From positions 1 to 64,000 of the forward strand of contig JAWXAQ010000016.1 of assembly GCA_034439575.1 (NCBI GenBank): a DNA stretch of 64,000 bases, written 5' to 3'. Position 1 is the stretch's first letter. Each line of letters begins with the position of its first letter. Positions 50,847-60,435 of the stretch are shown in pieces. The DNA comes from Leptospira sp. GTDB lineage: Bacteria > Spirochaetota > Leptospiria > Leptospirales > Leptospiraceae. Below the pieces are notes generated by a model. It had not been told where the DNA came from. It ran no database searches and saw only the letters and a program-made list of their open reading frames with translations. The translations under genes and the position numbers were made by a program.

Positions 50847-51514
50847 TTCCCTTTGATCACCTGATCAAATTTTCCCTGTTTCATTTCATAGATTGTCTGG
50901 GCATCGTAAGCTAATTTCATGTCGTGGGTAACTAGAATAATAGATAAATTTCTTTTGTTAAATTCATTTAACAATAATTGAACTAAAAGACTATTTTCTG
51001 GATCTAAGTCCCCAGAAGGTTCATCAGCAAATAGTATGGATGGCTCATTGATCAGCGAACGAGCGATAGCTGTCTTTTGAATTTGACCACCTGAAAGTTC
51101 CCTTGGTAATTTATTTTGCAATGAGTCTAGTTTCAAATGTTCTAGGAGATAATCACATTTTCTTTGGTATTCGGAATTTGAAAATTTGCGAGTGAAAAGC
51201 CCTGGAAGTAAAATATTTTCCCTGACATTCAGATTGCCTACAAGTTCTGAAAATTGGAACACTAATCCCAGTTCACGTGCCCGAATTTGAAATAACTCTC
51301 GTTTGGAAATTTGGCTAAGCCTCTGGTTGTCGTAGAGAATGTCACCTTCTGTTGGTGACAACATCCCTGTGATGAGGGAAAGTAGTGTGGTTTTACCGGA
51401 CCCCGAGGCTCCAATAATTGCCACATAATCCCCTTGGTTTAAATCAAAAGATATAGAATCGACAGCTACTTCCTGTCCGTATACTTTTGTTAAATTATGT
51501 ACACGAAGTAACAC
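50843..51514 (-). CDS. ABC transporter ATP-binding protein (LolD/MacB-like)
   Basis: [23 protein letters not shown]; probable start GTG 51514, overlapping the permease stop. Confidence 0.92.
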   Translation of the reverse strand: MLLRVHNLTKVYGQEVAVDSISFDLNQGDYVAIIGASGSGKTTLLSLITGMLSPTEGDILYDNQRLSQISKRELFQIRARELGLVFQFSELVGNLNVRENILLPGLFTRKFSNSEYQRKCDYLLEHLKLDSLQNKLPRELSGGQIQKTAIARSLINEPSILFADEPSGDLDPENSLLVQLLLNEFNKRNLSIILVTHDMKLAYDAQTIYEMKQGKFDQVIKGK

Positions 51515-52044
51515 TACCTTTGTCTCCGAATGGCACGGTAAGGATCGATAAAAGTAGTGAGACCAATGCTTGGAAAGGAAACTCCAACACAGATGATAAA
51601 AATGATAGATATTCCGAGGAAAAAACTGTGAAATTCGTTGGCTAGGGTCCAGTTTGTTGGAGTCTGGACGAAACTTGCGAGTAAAAATCCAAAGATGGCG
51701 CAAGGAAGGATTAAAATCAAAAGGACTAGACTATGCAACCAAATACAGCCCAGACGATTTCCACCGACTGCCATCATCACCCCAATATCGCCTAGACGCT
51801 GTATCCCGTGAAAAAGAACCAGAGACATTAAACTTAGGAAACTTGAATAAAAAAGAATTTGTGGAGTTTGGTCAAAGGAAACGATACTAGATAGAGAGAG
51901 ACCACCGTAAAGATGGATATGAATGCGAATCGAAAGATAAAAAAGGCCAGAGAGCAAAGTACCGGCAATGCCATAGACCAAGGTATACATTCGGTCTCGA
52001 TACAAAATTCTCCAAGCAAAAGATATATAGGAAAGTGGTGTCAC
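51514..52044 (-). CDS. Minimal FtsX/MacB-type ABC permease
   Basis: [13 protein letters not shown] and IDPYRAIR motifs; four TMs; no large periplasmic domain. Confidence 0.75.
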   Translation of the reverse strand: MTPLSYISFAWRILYRDRMYTLVYGIAGTLLSGLFYLSIRIHIHLYGGLSLSSIVSFDQTPQILFYSSFLSLMSLVLFHGIQRLGDIGVMMAVGGNRLGCIWLHSLVLLILILPCAIFGFLLASFVQTPTNWTLANEFHSFFLGISIIFIICVGVSFPSIGLTTFIDPYRAIRRQR

Positions 52045-52112
52045 CTTAAAGTCATTTTCGATCCAATCCCCATTTTTACAAACGATTATTAAAATAAGGA
52101 AAGTAAGCGAAA

Positions 52113-53657
52113 TTGGTATTTTTCATTATAGTTGGCGCAGGGATCATCATTTTAGGATTTCTAGTCACATTCATAATTGCTCAAAAAAGAGACGGTTATA
52201 GTAAGGCGCTTACGCTTGCAGCTATGGGTAATTTTATTGATGCGAGATCCATAGTCAGAGAGAGACTAGAAGAAGATCACCAAAATCCTTACGGGCATTA
52301 TGTGATGGCAAAAATATATTCAATGGAAAACGATCCATTGAATGAAGCCAAACACTTAGAAATCATAAAAAAGAATGCTCGTTATACGAAAGATATAGAT
52401 CCAGTCACTGTTTCAAATCGAATCGCAGATATTTATTATAATAAAGATTTTTTTGAAGAATCATTTTTTCATTATTTAGATACACTTCAAGTTGATAGAT
52501 CAAACCCGACCGCCTGTATGCGGTTAGGTTTTATGGCTCTCGGACAAAAAGAATTTAAAATCGCTGACAATTTTTTTGCTAGATTGCCAGCAGAAAAAAT
52601 GAATTCCTCTTTGTATCATATTGCGAGAGGTGTTATATCCGGTGTTACTGGGGCAGGGAAAGAGAGAGAGTATTTTGAAAATGCCTTTAAATTAGAAAAG
52701 TCAGCTGTCTGTGGTTTTTTATATGCTCTGGCACTTTCCCGTGAAAATAAACATAAGGATGCAGTGGGAATCGCCTCATCCATTGCAGACCAAGTGGATG
52801 ACGAATATGTGCGTTATACGATATTCCAATTCCTTATGACCGAAGCGATATTGATGCAAAATTTTCCAGACGCTCTCAAATACTCTAGACTTTGTATGGA
52901 AATGGCTAAGTTAAATTCTTGGCAGAGCGAAACAGTCGAGAGTAATATCCATTTTTCTATGGTTAGTATTTATATGGGTAGATACGAGGACGCTTCAGAA
53001 CATTTAATAGAAGCTGAAGCAAATCGCTTAGATGATCCAGAGGTCACACACCTTGCCAATTTAAAATATAAATTAGAAAGAGGTTTAGGGAATTTAGATA
53101 GTTTATCAAATGAATATGATTTAACCAAAGAATTAAATGTTTTATCCGTCTCACTCTTTCCTAACTCTCGTTATTTTGAGCTTAGTGGAATGCGTTCTTC
53201 AAAACCTTTTAATATAAAAGGAGTTGTAGACGAATCTGGAAATAAAACTGCCAAAAAACTGGATTTAATCGGCGTCGATAAATTTGAAAAATTCATTTCT
53301 ATGACGGGCACACAGTTTAAAAATCAAGCTACGCGAATGATTTTAAAATATGGTTACCGCGTAACAAAAGAATTAGCTAACGTAGAAGGAGATGGTGTAA
53401 ATTATCTTTGTTCAGCTAAAGAAAATGTAAATTTACGAGCCATTTTTAGAATTCGAAAATGGAAAGATGCGAAAGTGTCTGATGTCTTTTTTAGAGAAAT
53501 GTTACAACAAATGGAAGAAAATGGAGCTAGCCGTGGTTATGTGATCGGAAACTATGAGTTAACTGAAGCTGGTCGAAAGATATTGTCTCAACATGAAACA
53601 GATATTGAGCTAATCAATGGTGATAGGTTAGAAGACCTTCTCGATAAAACTATGTGA
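52113..53657 (+). CDS. Membrane-anchored TPR protein with a C-terminal Mrr-like restriction-endonuclease fold
   Basis: N-terminal TM; helical repeats; QFKNQATRMILKYGYRV..GDGVN..RKW..GYVI..IELINGDRL. Confidence 0.7.
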   Translation: MVFFIIVGAGIIILGFLVTFIIAQKRDGYSKALTLAAMGNFIDARSIVRERLEEDHQNPYGHYVMAKIYSMENDPLNEAKHLEIIKKNARYTKDIDPVTVSNRIADIYYNKDFFEESFFHYLDTLQVDRSNPTACMRLGFMALGQKEFKIADNFFARLPAEKMNSSLYHIARGVISGVTGAGKEREYFENAFKLEKSAVCGFLYALALSRENKHKDAVGIASSIADQVDDEYVRYTIFQFLMTEAILMQNFPDALKYSRLCMEMAKLNSWQSETVESNIHFSMVSIYMGRYEDASEHLIEAEANRLDDPEVTHLANLKYKLERGLGNLDSLSNEYDLTKELNVLSVSLFPNSRYFELSGMRSSKPFNIKGVVDESGNKTAKKLDLIGVDKFEKFISMTGTQFKNQATRMILKYGYRVTKELANVEGDGVNYLCSAKENVNLRAIFRIRKWKDAKVSDVFFREMLQQMEENGASRGYVIGNYELTEAGRKILSQHETDIELINGDRLEDLLDKTM

Positions 53658-53661
53658 TACT

Positions 53662-54225
53662 ATGAAATACTCCATTTTAATTTTTATATTTTTTATAACT
53701 ACTTGCAAATCAACGACGCAAGAAATAGAACATAAGGAAAAATCTTACTCCTTAGCTAATTGTCCCATTCCTTTGTCTCAAGGGAAAATATATGGAAACT
53801 ATGGGAAACCACAAGATACAAAAACAATTTTTAAACTTCTAGAAGTTTTATTAAACGATATATGTGAAGGAAATTTAAATCATGTTTCTCAAATGGTTCA
53901 CAATGATTTAGGATTGTTTATCGATGCCAAAGGCCATTGGACGAAAGAAGAAATGTTGAAAGAAATAACAGATCCAAATGGATATTTTGCGATATATTTT
54001 TTTGATCAGAAAGCATTGGATCAAAAAAAAGGTGGAGAGGGTTATTTAACAATCCAAAATGCACTGAAAAGTTCGAATGGTCTTGTGATTGATATGTATT
54101 TTGATTCAAGCCAAGAGACTGAAGTCAAAATACAATTCAATGAAAACCCCAAAAACGCACGTTATTTGATCAATCCAGTATTTAAAAAAATAGATAAAGA
54201 GTGGATGTTGATGCGGATGTTATAG
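53662..54225 (+). CDS. Hypothetical lipoprotein
   Basis: MKYSILIFIFFITTC lipobox-like signal. Confidence 0.65.
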   Translation: MKYSILIFIFFITTCKSTTQEIEHKEKSYSLANCPIPLSQGKIYGNYGKPQDTKTIFKLLEVLLNDICEGNLNHVSQMVHNDLGLFIDAKGHWTKEEMLKEITDPNGYFAIYFFDQKALDQKKGGEGYLTIQNALKSSNGLVIDMYFDSSQETEVKIQFNENPKNARYLINPVFKKIDKEWMLMRML

Positions 54226-54241
54226 TCTGATAAAGTAACGA

Positions 54242-54835
54242 CTATTTTGTGATCACCAGACGAATTATTTCTCCAGCTTCCATTTCAGGATTCACTTTCC
54301 GAACTAATGCGACTTCTCGATTGGCAGTCTTTTCATCATAACCTAACTGAATCAATGCCAATATGGCAAGATCGTTCTGAGAATTTGTAATAGAGAATTC
54401 CTTTTTATCTTCTCTGAGAAATGACTCTAACTTTCGTAAATTTTGTTTGATTTCAAATAGAATTTTTTCTGAAGTTTTGCCTTTTACTTTTGGAATTTTT
54501 TCCAAAGTTTTTCTATCATCGGCTTGTGCAATTTGATAAAGTTCATCTGCTTGGAAAAATGATAAAATTTTAAGTGCAGTTAGTTCACCAATACCATTGA
54601 GTGATTTGATCAGTTTAAATAATTCACGATCTTTATTAGTTGAAAAGCCAAATAATTTTTGATTGCGGTCTGTGATTGAATGAAAAACAAAAACAAATAT
54701 TTCTTTCCCTACACTTTCTCTAAGTTGCAGATGCAATGGAAAAGGAATCAAAACCTCATAACCTACACCTGATACTTCGATGAGTATAGAATCCAAATCT
54801 AACCTTAAAAGCTGACCTTTGAGACTTCCTATCAT
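54242..54835 (-). CDS. ruvA: Holliday junction branch migration protein RuvA
   Basis: MIGSLKG..SGVGYEV, LFGF, GIGELTALKIL, ALIQLGY. Confidence 0.95.
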   Translation of the reverse strand: MIGSLKGQLLRLDLDSILIEVSGVGYEVLIPFPLHLQLRESVGKEIFVFVFHSITDRNQKLFGFSTNKDRELFKLIKSLNGIGELTALKILSFFQADELYQIAQADDRKTLEKIPKVKGKTSEKILFEIKQNLRKLESFLREDKKEFSITNSQNDLAILALIQLGYDEKTANREVALVRKVNPEMEAGEIIRLVITK

Positions 54836-55668
54836 TTGCTAAAATTCCATATTGAACTATCAGTTCTATTTTGCCAGAGATCTTTAGCTTTGGTATTCCA
54901 CTTTGTGACTTCTTGTAATGGAACCTTGGGATTTGTTTTTGATTCTATTGTCATTTCGCCTTTAGTAACATCTAATACTTTAATATATTCTGCTGCCTTT
55001 GTTTCGTCACCTAACTTTATACATGAAGCAATGATTAAATATAAAACTTCAAATTCGTAAATTTTTTCAGGAAAGTCTGACAATCGAAATACTTCTTCCA
55101 AATCCAAAATTGCTTTTTTAAGAAGTTCTTCATCGACTGTTAGATTAAATTTTTGTTTTAAACAATAAAGCCGAATGTACCGATGAGCTCGTTTGATCAA
55201 GGAATAGGGGACTTTGGCATGAATTTCGACGGTTACTTTATAGATTGATAAATTGACACTGAGGATCACGGCATCAACACTTCTTGGATGAAGAAAGTCT
55301 TCTGGTTTAAGATCCAAAGTATTGAATTGAGATTTAATTTGTTTGTAGTTTGCTTCCCAATAGTGGACGACTTTTTTGTCGGTGGTAGATTGTTTTTCTC
55401 CAAGTGAACCAACAAAATTAAAATCACTTCTGCTAGCTCCATTAAAAAAACAAATGGGACAAACTGTAAATTGCAATTCATTATAATCTACATAATGGTA
55501 CTTTGGATTTTCATCATAAATAGGGACTTCAAAAATGTTGTGTCGTATCGGTAAGGTTTTTGATTTTAAAGAATAGTTTTTAACTTCGTTATATTTGCAA
55601 ACTGGACATTCCACATCTTGTAAAATGATTGGGCTAATTACTTTTTCTTCACTATTTGAATCAGACAC
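54832..55668 (-). CDS. DUF2225-like zinc-ribbon/helical-repeat protein
   Basis: CPVC and VCPICFF, then a helical C-terminus; ATGA overlap with ruvA. Confidence 0.75.
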   Translation of the reverse strand: MSDSNSEEKVISPIILQDVECPVCKYNEVKNYSLKSKTLPIRHNIFEVPIYDENPKYHYVDYNELQFTVCPICFFNGASRSDFNFVGSLGEKQSTTDKKVVHYWEANYKQIKSQFNTLDLKPEDFLHPRSVDAVILSVNLSIYKVTVEIHAKVPYSLIKRAHRYIRLYCLKQKFNLTVDEELLKKAILDLEEVFRLSDFPEKIYEFEVLYLIIASCIKLGDETKAAEYIKVLDVTKGEMTIESKTNPKVPLQEVTKWNTKAKDLWQNRTDSSIWNFSK

Positions 55669-55806
55669 TATTTTCTCCCAATACCAAAAATTAGATTTAT
55701 ATCATTTCCATGCGGAGAACCTCTATTTCAAGAATTAAATTTTAATAAACTTAGAGTATCAAAATTATTGGCGTAGAATCGGATATTTGGAAAATTAAGA
55801 TATAAA

Positions 55807-56454
55807 ATGACATTGTCCCAAAGTAAAGACTGCCCTCTATGCCAATCGGTTTCAAATTTATTTTTTGTATTACCTGAGAGAAAGTATTTAAGGTGTAATA
55901 TATGTTATTCGGTATTTATGGATACGGAAGATCATCCAAATCTAAATGTAGAGAAAGAGAGATATTTAAAACATAAAAATGATGTAAATGACGTCGGGTA
56001 TCGAAATTTTGTTTCACCTATTGTTCAAGCTATACAAATTGAAAAATCAATAGACGCGAAAGGATTAGATTTTGGAGCGGGGACAGGACCTGTCACATCA
56101 CAAATGTTATCTGACAAAGGATATTCGATTTCACTCTATGATCCATTTTTTTGGCCACAAAAAGAATTACTTAATTTAAAATATGATTTCATTATCCTTT
56201 GTGAGGTGATGGAACATTTTCGAGAACCGCATAAAGAATTTGAACTGTTGCGGTCTTTATTGAATCCTGATGGAAAAATATATTGTATGACTTCCCTTTT
56301 CGATGACTCAATAAATTTTCAAAATTGGTACTATAAAAACGATTTAACTCATTTATTTTTTTATCATTTCAATGCTATCCATTGGATAAGAGATCAATTT
56401 AAATTTAAAAGTGTTCAAATCAAAGATAAACTTATAGTTTTTACCGTTGATTGA
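55807..56454 (+). CDS. Class I SAM-dependent methyltransferase with an N-terminal zinc ribbon
   Basis: CPLC/CNIC; LDFGAGTGP; EVMEHF; WYYKNDLTHLFFY. Confidence 0.9.
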   Translation: MTLSQSKDCPLCQSVSNLFFVLPERKYLRCNICYSVFMDTEDHPNLNVEKERYLKHKNDVNDVGYRNFVSPIVQAIQIEKSIDAKGLDFGAGTGPVTSQMLSDKGYSISLYDPFFWPQKELLNLKYDFIILCEVMEHFREPHKEFELLRSLLNPDGKIYCMTSLFDDSINFQNWYYKNDLTHLFFYHFNAIHWIRDQFKFKSVQIKDKLIVFTVD

Positions 56455-56607
56455 AATGATTCATAGAAAAATGACTGGAATTTTTCCACCTATGAAAAAT
56501 TTTATTTTAAAATTTTAAATTCATTCTAAAATAATTTTTGAATATTTTATAGAAAAATGCTCGCTATTTATTTCGATTTCATTAATTCATTGGCAACAAG
56601 TGAGGAT

Positions 56608-56910
56608 ATGATGAGAAGAATATTTTTAGGAATTTGTTTTCTCGGGGTTTTGGTTTCTGCATCTGGACTATCTGCCGATGAATATATGTGTGGTCGCATC
56701 AAAGATGTATGGCCACCAGCATTGCCAAAAGCAACAGGCACAACTTGTAAAACAAATGTTATTGCTGATAGCCCACAAGCTGCTTTTGCTTTATGCACAA
56801 GCCAGGCTGCTGATGGGAAAAATTGCTGCGTAGATAATGTTGTACATAAAAATATCAAAGGACTAGCAATTATTAAAGGAAATGAAGTCACTCATATCGC
56901 ATGTCCTTAG
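56608..56910 (+). CDS. Small secreted cysteine-rich protein
   Basis: RBS GAGGA before ATG 56608/56611; signal peptide ending GLSA; six Cys in the mature part. Confidence 0.7.
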   Translation: MMRRIFLGICFLGVLVSASGLSADEYMCGRIKDVWPPALPKATGTTCKTNVIADSPQAAFALCTSQAADGKNCCVDNVVHKNIKGLAIIKGNEVTHIACP

Positions 56911-56936
56911 ATTTTTTAAAATATGATATAATTAAA

Positions 56937-57659
56937 TTAATTTGAAAGATTCAATTTATTTCGTTCAGATTGGGTGAGTGCATAAAACTTCATCTCAATT
57001 TTAGAATTTAATTTTATCTGAATATTAGAATTCTTTTTTATATTTAAAAGTTTATTGAACTTGCATAGGACCCTTACCGTTCTCAAGTAATTGATTTCAG
57101 TATGCCCATAAGCATAAGTTTGAGGATTATGATTGTATCTACTCTCTGGTCGCAGAGGGTAGAGTTCGTTTGTGTGCGTCATGGATTCAAATGACCCAGC
57201 CATGCCTCCCCGAGATTTTGAAATATGAATATAATCGTAGGTATAAATAGTTTTTTCAGGAACAGTACTTCCATTCGATATTTTTATATCTGAAGTATTT
57301 AATCTCTGAGAGTCGGGAGGAATTTCGAAAGAAAACAAATAATAATCATAATTATTTAGATTTAAATCTTTAAAAAAATGAAAATTTTCATCTTCGAAAA
57401 AATCATTATTCTCATCATTTATAATATTCATTAAGTCCTCTAATTCGAAAATTTTAAAGGCACGAATATTTGCATTATATAGTTGATGATCATTTCTTCG
57501 AATAGAATCTGCGGTTTTAAAATAGATTTGTTCCAATTCAGAACTTGAATTTAAACCTGGAGAAATTAATTCTATGGAAGTACAATTCGAAAATAGAAAT
57601 AAAAAATAGAATGTTATATTAATTCTCGAAGACAGAAATTTTAATCTTTCGCAGTTCAA
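56937..57659 (-). CDS. Hypothetical lipoprotein
   Basis: FYFLFLFSNC lipobox-like segment; very AT-rich; start uncertain. Confidence 0.55.
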   Translation of the reverse strand: MNCERLKFLSSRINITFYFLFLFSNCTSIELISPGLNSSSELEQIYFKTADSIRRNDHQLYNANIRAFKIFELEDLMNIINDENNDFFEDENFHFFKDLNLNNYDYYLFSFEIPPDSQRLNTSDIKISNGSTVPEKTIYTYDYIHISKSRGGMAGSFESMTHTNELYPLRPESRYNHNPQTYAYGHTEINYLRTVRVLCKFNKLLNIKKNSNIQIKLNSKIEMKFYALTQSERNKLNLSN

Positions 57660-57818
57660 ATGTTAAACTATAATTTAATTATATTTATTTTGCAATACTA
57701 CTTTTAAGTATAAAATCTGTTTTTTTATCTGGTAATGGTTTGGTATACATTCAATTTTTCAAGGAGACGAAAACAGAAACACGATTGACAAATCTCGAAA
57801 ATATCCGAAAATTATTGT

Positions 57819-58010
57819 ATGGCTACAGCGACAAAAAGGAAACCTGAAAAGATTTTTACCAAGGCAGAAGTGGCAGACAGACAGAAAGACCTGATCCAAC
57901 AACGCCTGGGAATCTTACCTATTGAGGTAACAGCCCATGGATATTATTATGATGGAAAGGAAATGATGGGAAAGTTAAAAGAATTAAAAGCCAAAGGATG
58001 GAAGCCTTGA
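57819..58010 (+). CDS. Small basic hypothetical protein (possibly leaderless)
   Basis: TTGACA at 57785 and GAAAAT at 57807 would place +1 near the ATG. Confidence 0.6.
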   Translation: MATATKRKPEKIFTKAEVADRQKDLIQQRLGILPIEVTAHGYYYDGKEMMGKLKELKAKGWKP

Positions 58011-58459
58011 TTCTAAGACTTCACCTTTTGGTCGAAAATTGCCTATATCTTTATTGGGACGATTTTGACGAATTGCATAATTTCATTGGGATTTAAAACA
58101 AAAGTTGAATTTGAAAAAGAACATGGCTCATCAGGCTTTATTTCCCACAAAATAGGAAAAAACATATATAAGATCGAATTTACTACTTCGGGAATGTCGG
58201 TTTATATCATTTTCATCCACAAAACCAATTAAAAACCCTTCGAACCCCCTAAATTTAAACCTTTTTTTAAGAAGACGACATAATCTGAAGTGTTACCGAT
58301 GTGCCTTTATATATAATTGGGTGCTTACAAATTCTTATTACGGTCTTATGCGACATAAGATTGAAAAAGGGAAGCTAGACCTCAATAAAAAAGCCATTTA
58401 GTCAAGTTATTATCTAACAAACGCTAAATTTAAGATTGTTTCAGGCTCGAAAATTGAGT

Positions 58460-58873
58460 ATGGAACTAACAAAAAAAGATACAACTGTTCTGCGGATAGC
58501 AGCTCCATTAGTCACCTCCAATGTAGGTGCTAGTGGGCGTATCCCAATGGCAACCAAAGACACACTTCCTCAGCTTTACATCACCTATCAGATGGCAAGG
58601 CAGATTTCCAACCGATTGCAAGAGATAGGGAATGAGTTATCAATTCGAATGCGCGAATTAGATCATTATTCTTCTTCTGCTAAGCACATTCTGGAAATGA
58701 CGAAAGAGCACGAAGAACAAGCGGTTAACGCACTAAAGGAGAGCCACGAACGTCTCCTAGGTGGAACTATGCACACAATGTTGAGTTCTATGATATCGGC
58801 ATTTCGTGCTAGTTTGAACGACCTCGATGCAAGGCTTGGGAATAGGGCAAAAAAGGCAAACTCACATGACTAA
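58460..58873 (+). CDS. Phage hypothetical helical/coiled-coil protein
   Basis: Probable ATG 58460; stop overlaps the start of the antirepressor. Confidence 0.6.
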   Translation: MELTKKDTTVLRIAAPLVTSNVGASGRIPMATKDTLPQLYITYQMARQISNRLQEIGNELSIRMRELDHYSSSAKHILEMTKEHEEQAVNALKESHERLLGGTMHTMLSSMISAFRASLNDLDARLGNRAKKANSHD

Positions 58874-59696
58874 CCTATTTCTTGAATATCAAGGTAACGA
58901 AATCCACTACACAGCCGAGGGGTATATAAATGTAACCCACATGGCTAAGATCTTCGGGAAAAGACCGGCAGATTTTTTTGCATTCAAGCAAGCTGAGGAA
59001 TATGTTGAGGCACTTGCAGATGCAACCGGAATACATCCGAATGAGTTAAAGTATACAGTCCAGGGTGGTAATCAAAAGGAAATTCACCGTTACCAGAATT
59101 CTCCCAACGGTGGGGATCTCTTTTCTACACCTATAGAAGAAGATGAATCTCAATCTGTAATCGCTCAAGGAACCTTCTGCCATCCAAAACTAGCAATCCG
59201 TTTTGCACAATGGTTGAATCCAAAATTTGCTGTTTGGGTAGATGGGAAGATTCTAGAAATTCTCGGTTATACGAATACTAAAGAATCTACTGAGTTGTTA
59301 ATCTCTAGGGCTTTGATAGCTGCTAATGATTTTATCAATCATCAGAAAGACCAGATTCGTTTTCTAGAAGCTCGTGCAAAATCTTTCGAAGACTTAACAG
59401 AGACTTCAGGACTCTTTTCTTTTTCGGATGCTGCAAGAATTTTGAACTTCAAAGATTTTGGAGAGAAGAAGCTATTCGATTTTTGTCGGAAGAAAGGACT
59501 CCTTACTTCAAATAACAAGCCTTATGGTAAGTTTTTAGAAAAGGGATTTTTTGAAGTTAAAATCGTGGCAATTAAAAAAGGTTACGCTCGTTCAGAGAGC
59601 TATCCTAAAACTCATATTACTTCCAAAGGCATAGCATTCATTCGGGAACTTTTACTTTCGACTGGTGAATATTATCCTAACAAGGGAGCTGCATAA
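58866..59696 (+). CDS. Phage antirepressor with KilA-N and ANT/KilAC domains
   Basis: GYINVTHMAKIFGKRPADF..QGTFCHPKLAIRFAQWLNPKFAVWV (KilA-N); GEKKLFDFCR..NKPY..KGFFEVK..ITSKGIAFI (ANT). Confidence 0.92.
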   Translation: MTNLFLEYQGNEIHYTAEGYINVTHMAKIFGKRPADFFAFKQAEEYVEALADATGIHPNELKYTVQGGNQKEIHRYQNSPNGGDLFSTPIEEDESQSVIAQGTFCHPKLAIRFAQWLNPKFAVWVDGKILEILGYTNTKESTELLISRALIAANDFINHQKDQIRFLEARAKSFEDLTETSGLFSFSDAARILNFKDFGEKKLFDFCRKKGLLTSNNKPYGKFLEKGFFEVKIVAIKKGYARSESYPKTHITSKGIAFIRELLLSTGEYYPNKGAA

Positions 59697-59698
59697 TC

Positions 59699-59899
59699 AT
59701 GAGCACCTTTCCAGATATTTTAAATGAATTACTGCGAGAGGAAGATATGAACGGACCTAAGCGAAATATTGAGAAGAACGTACAGGATGTGAAAACGGCA
59801 ATGGATATTCAAAAGAATATGGCGAAACTAACAGAGTTTCAACGGATGAATCGATCTTTGAACGATTTATCTAACCCCTTAGGAAGGGTTTTTAAATAA
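59699..59899 (+). CDS. Phage hypothetical protein
   Basis: RBS GGGAG; tightly coupled to the upstream gene. Confidence 0.6.
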   Translation: MSTFPDILNELLREEDMNGPKRNIEKNVQDVKTAMDIQKNMAKLTEFQRMNRSLNDLSNPLGRVFK

Positions 59900-59910
59900 A
59901 TAGAATTCCT

Positions 59911-60105
59911 ATGATAAAAATTGGAATGGAAAAGAAAAAAGAAAAGGGGTCTGTGTCAAAGACTATATTTAGAGTTAGGCGGTTGGTGAATGGAGACATT
60001 CGTTTATCGCAAGATTTTCAGTTAATCGGTGACATGGACTCCAAAATTTGGGAAGAACACTATAAGCCTAAGCTGGTAGGTTTTAGAGTCGAGTATTTGA
60101 ATTAG
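59911..60105 (+). CDS. Phage hypothetical protein
   Basis: In-operon ORF. Confidence 0.5.
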   Translation: MIKIGMEKKKEKGSVSKTIFRVRRLVNGDIRLSQDFQLIGDMDSKIWEEHYKPKLVGFRVEYLN

Positions 60106-60186
60106 GGAAATGGCCAGTTGGAAGGTTTACTCCGCGGTCTCGTACACCACGGAGAGAGGTAGATATCTCTAAAGAGAATCTACTGA

Positions 60187-60435
60187 ATGCCTAGAAAAAA
60201 GCAAGGAAAAAAGGTAGATATTTTGCCACAGATAAACAAATACAAATTCCCCGATATCGATGAGGAAATTTTCAGTGTTAGAGCTGTTTACGAAATCCTC
60301 ACAAGCAAAGAAGCAAAGCATTCGCATGAGAGTGCAATCCATGTTCTCCGAAGCTATGGATATGATACCTCCGTACTCGAAGCGGAAAAATCAGCAGAAT
60401 TAGAACTAGAAGGAGTTCCAGAATATGTCAACTAA
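60187..60435 (+). CDS. Phage hypothetical protein
   Basis: In-operon ORF overlapping the next start. Confidence 0.6.
   Translation: MPRKKQGKKVDILPQINKYKFPDIDEEIFSVRAVYEILTSKEAKHSHESAIHVLRSYGYDTSVLEAEKSAELELEGVPEYVN

Noticed and set aside
52113-53657. Active type IV restriction or anti-phage system
   Set aside because: Catalytic residues appear substituted and the context is core genes, not a defence island.
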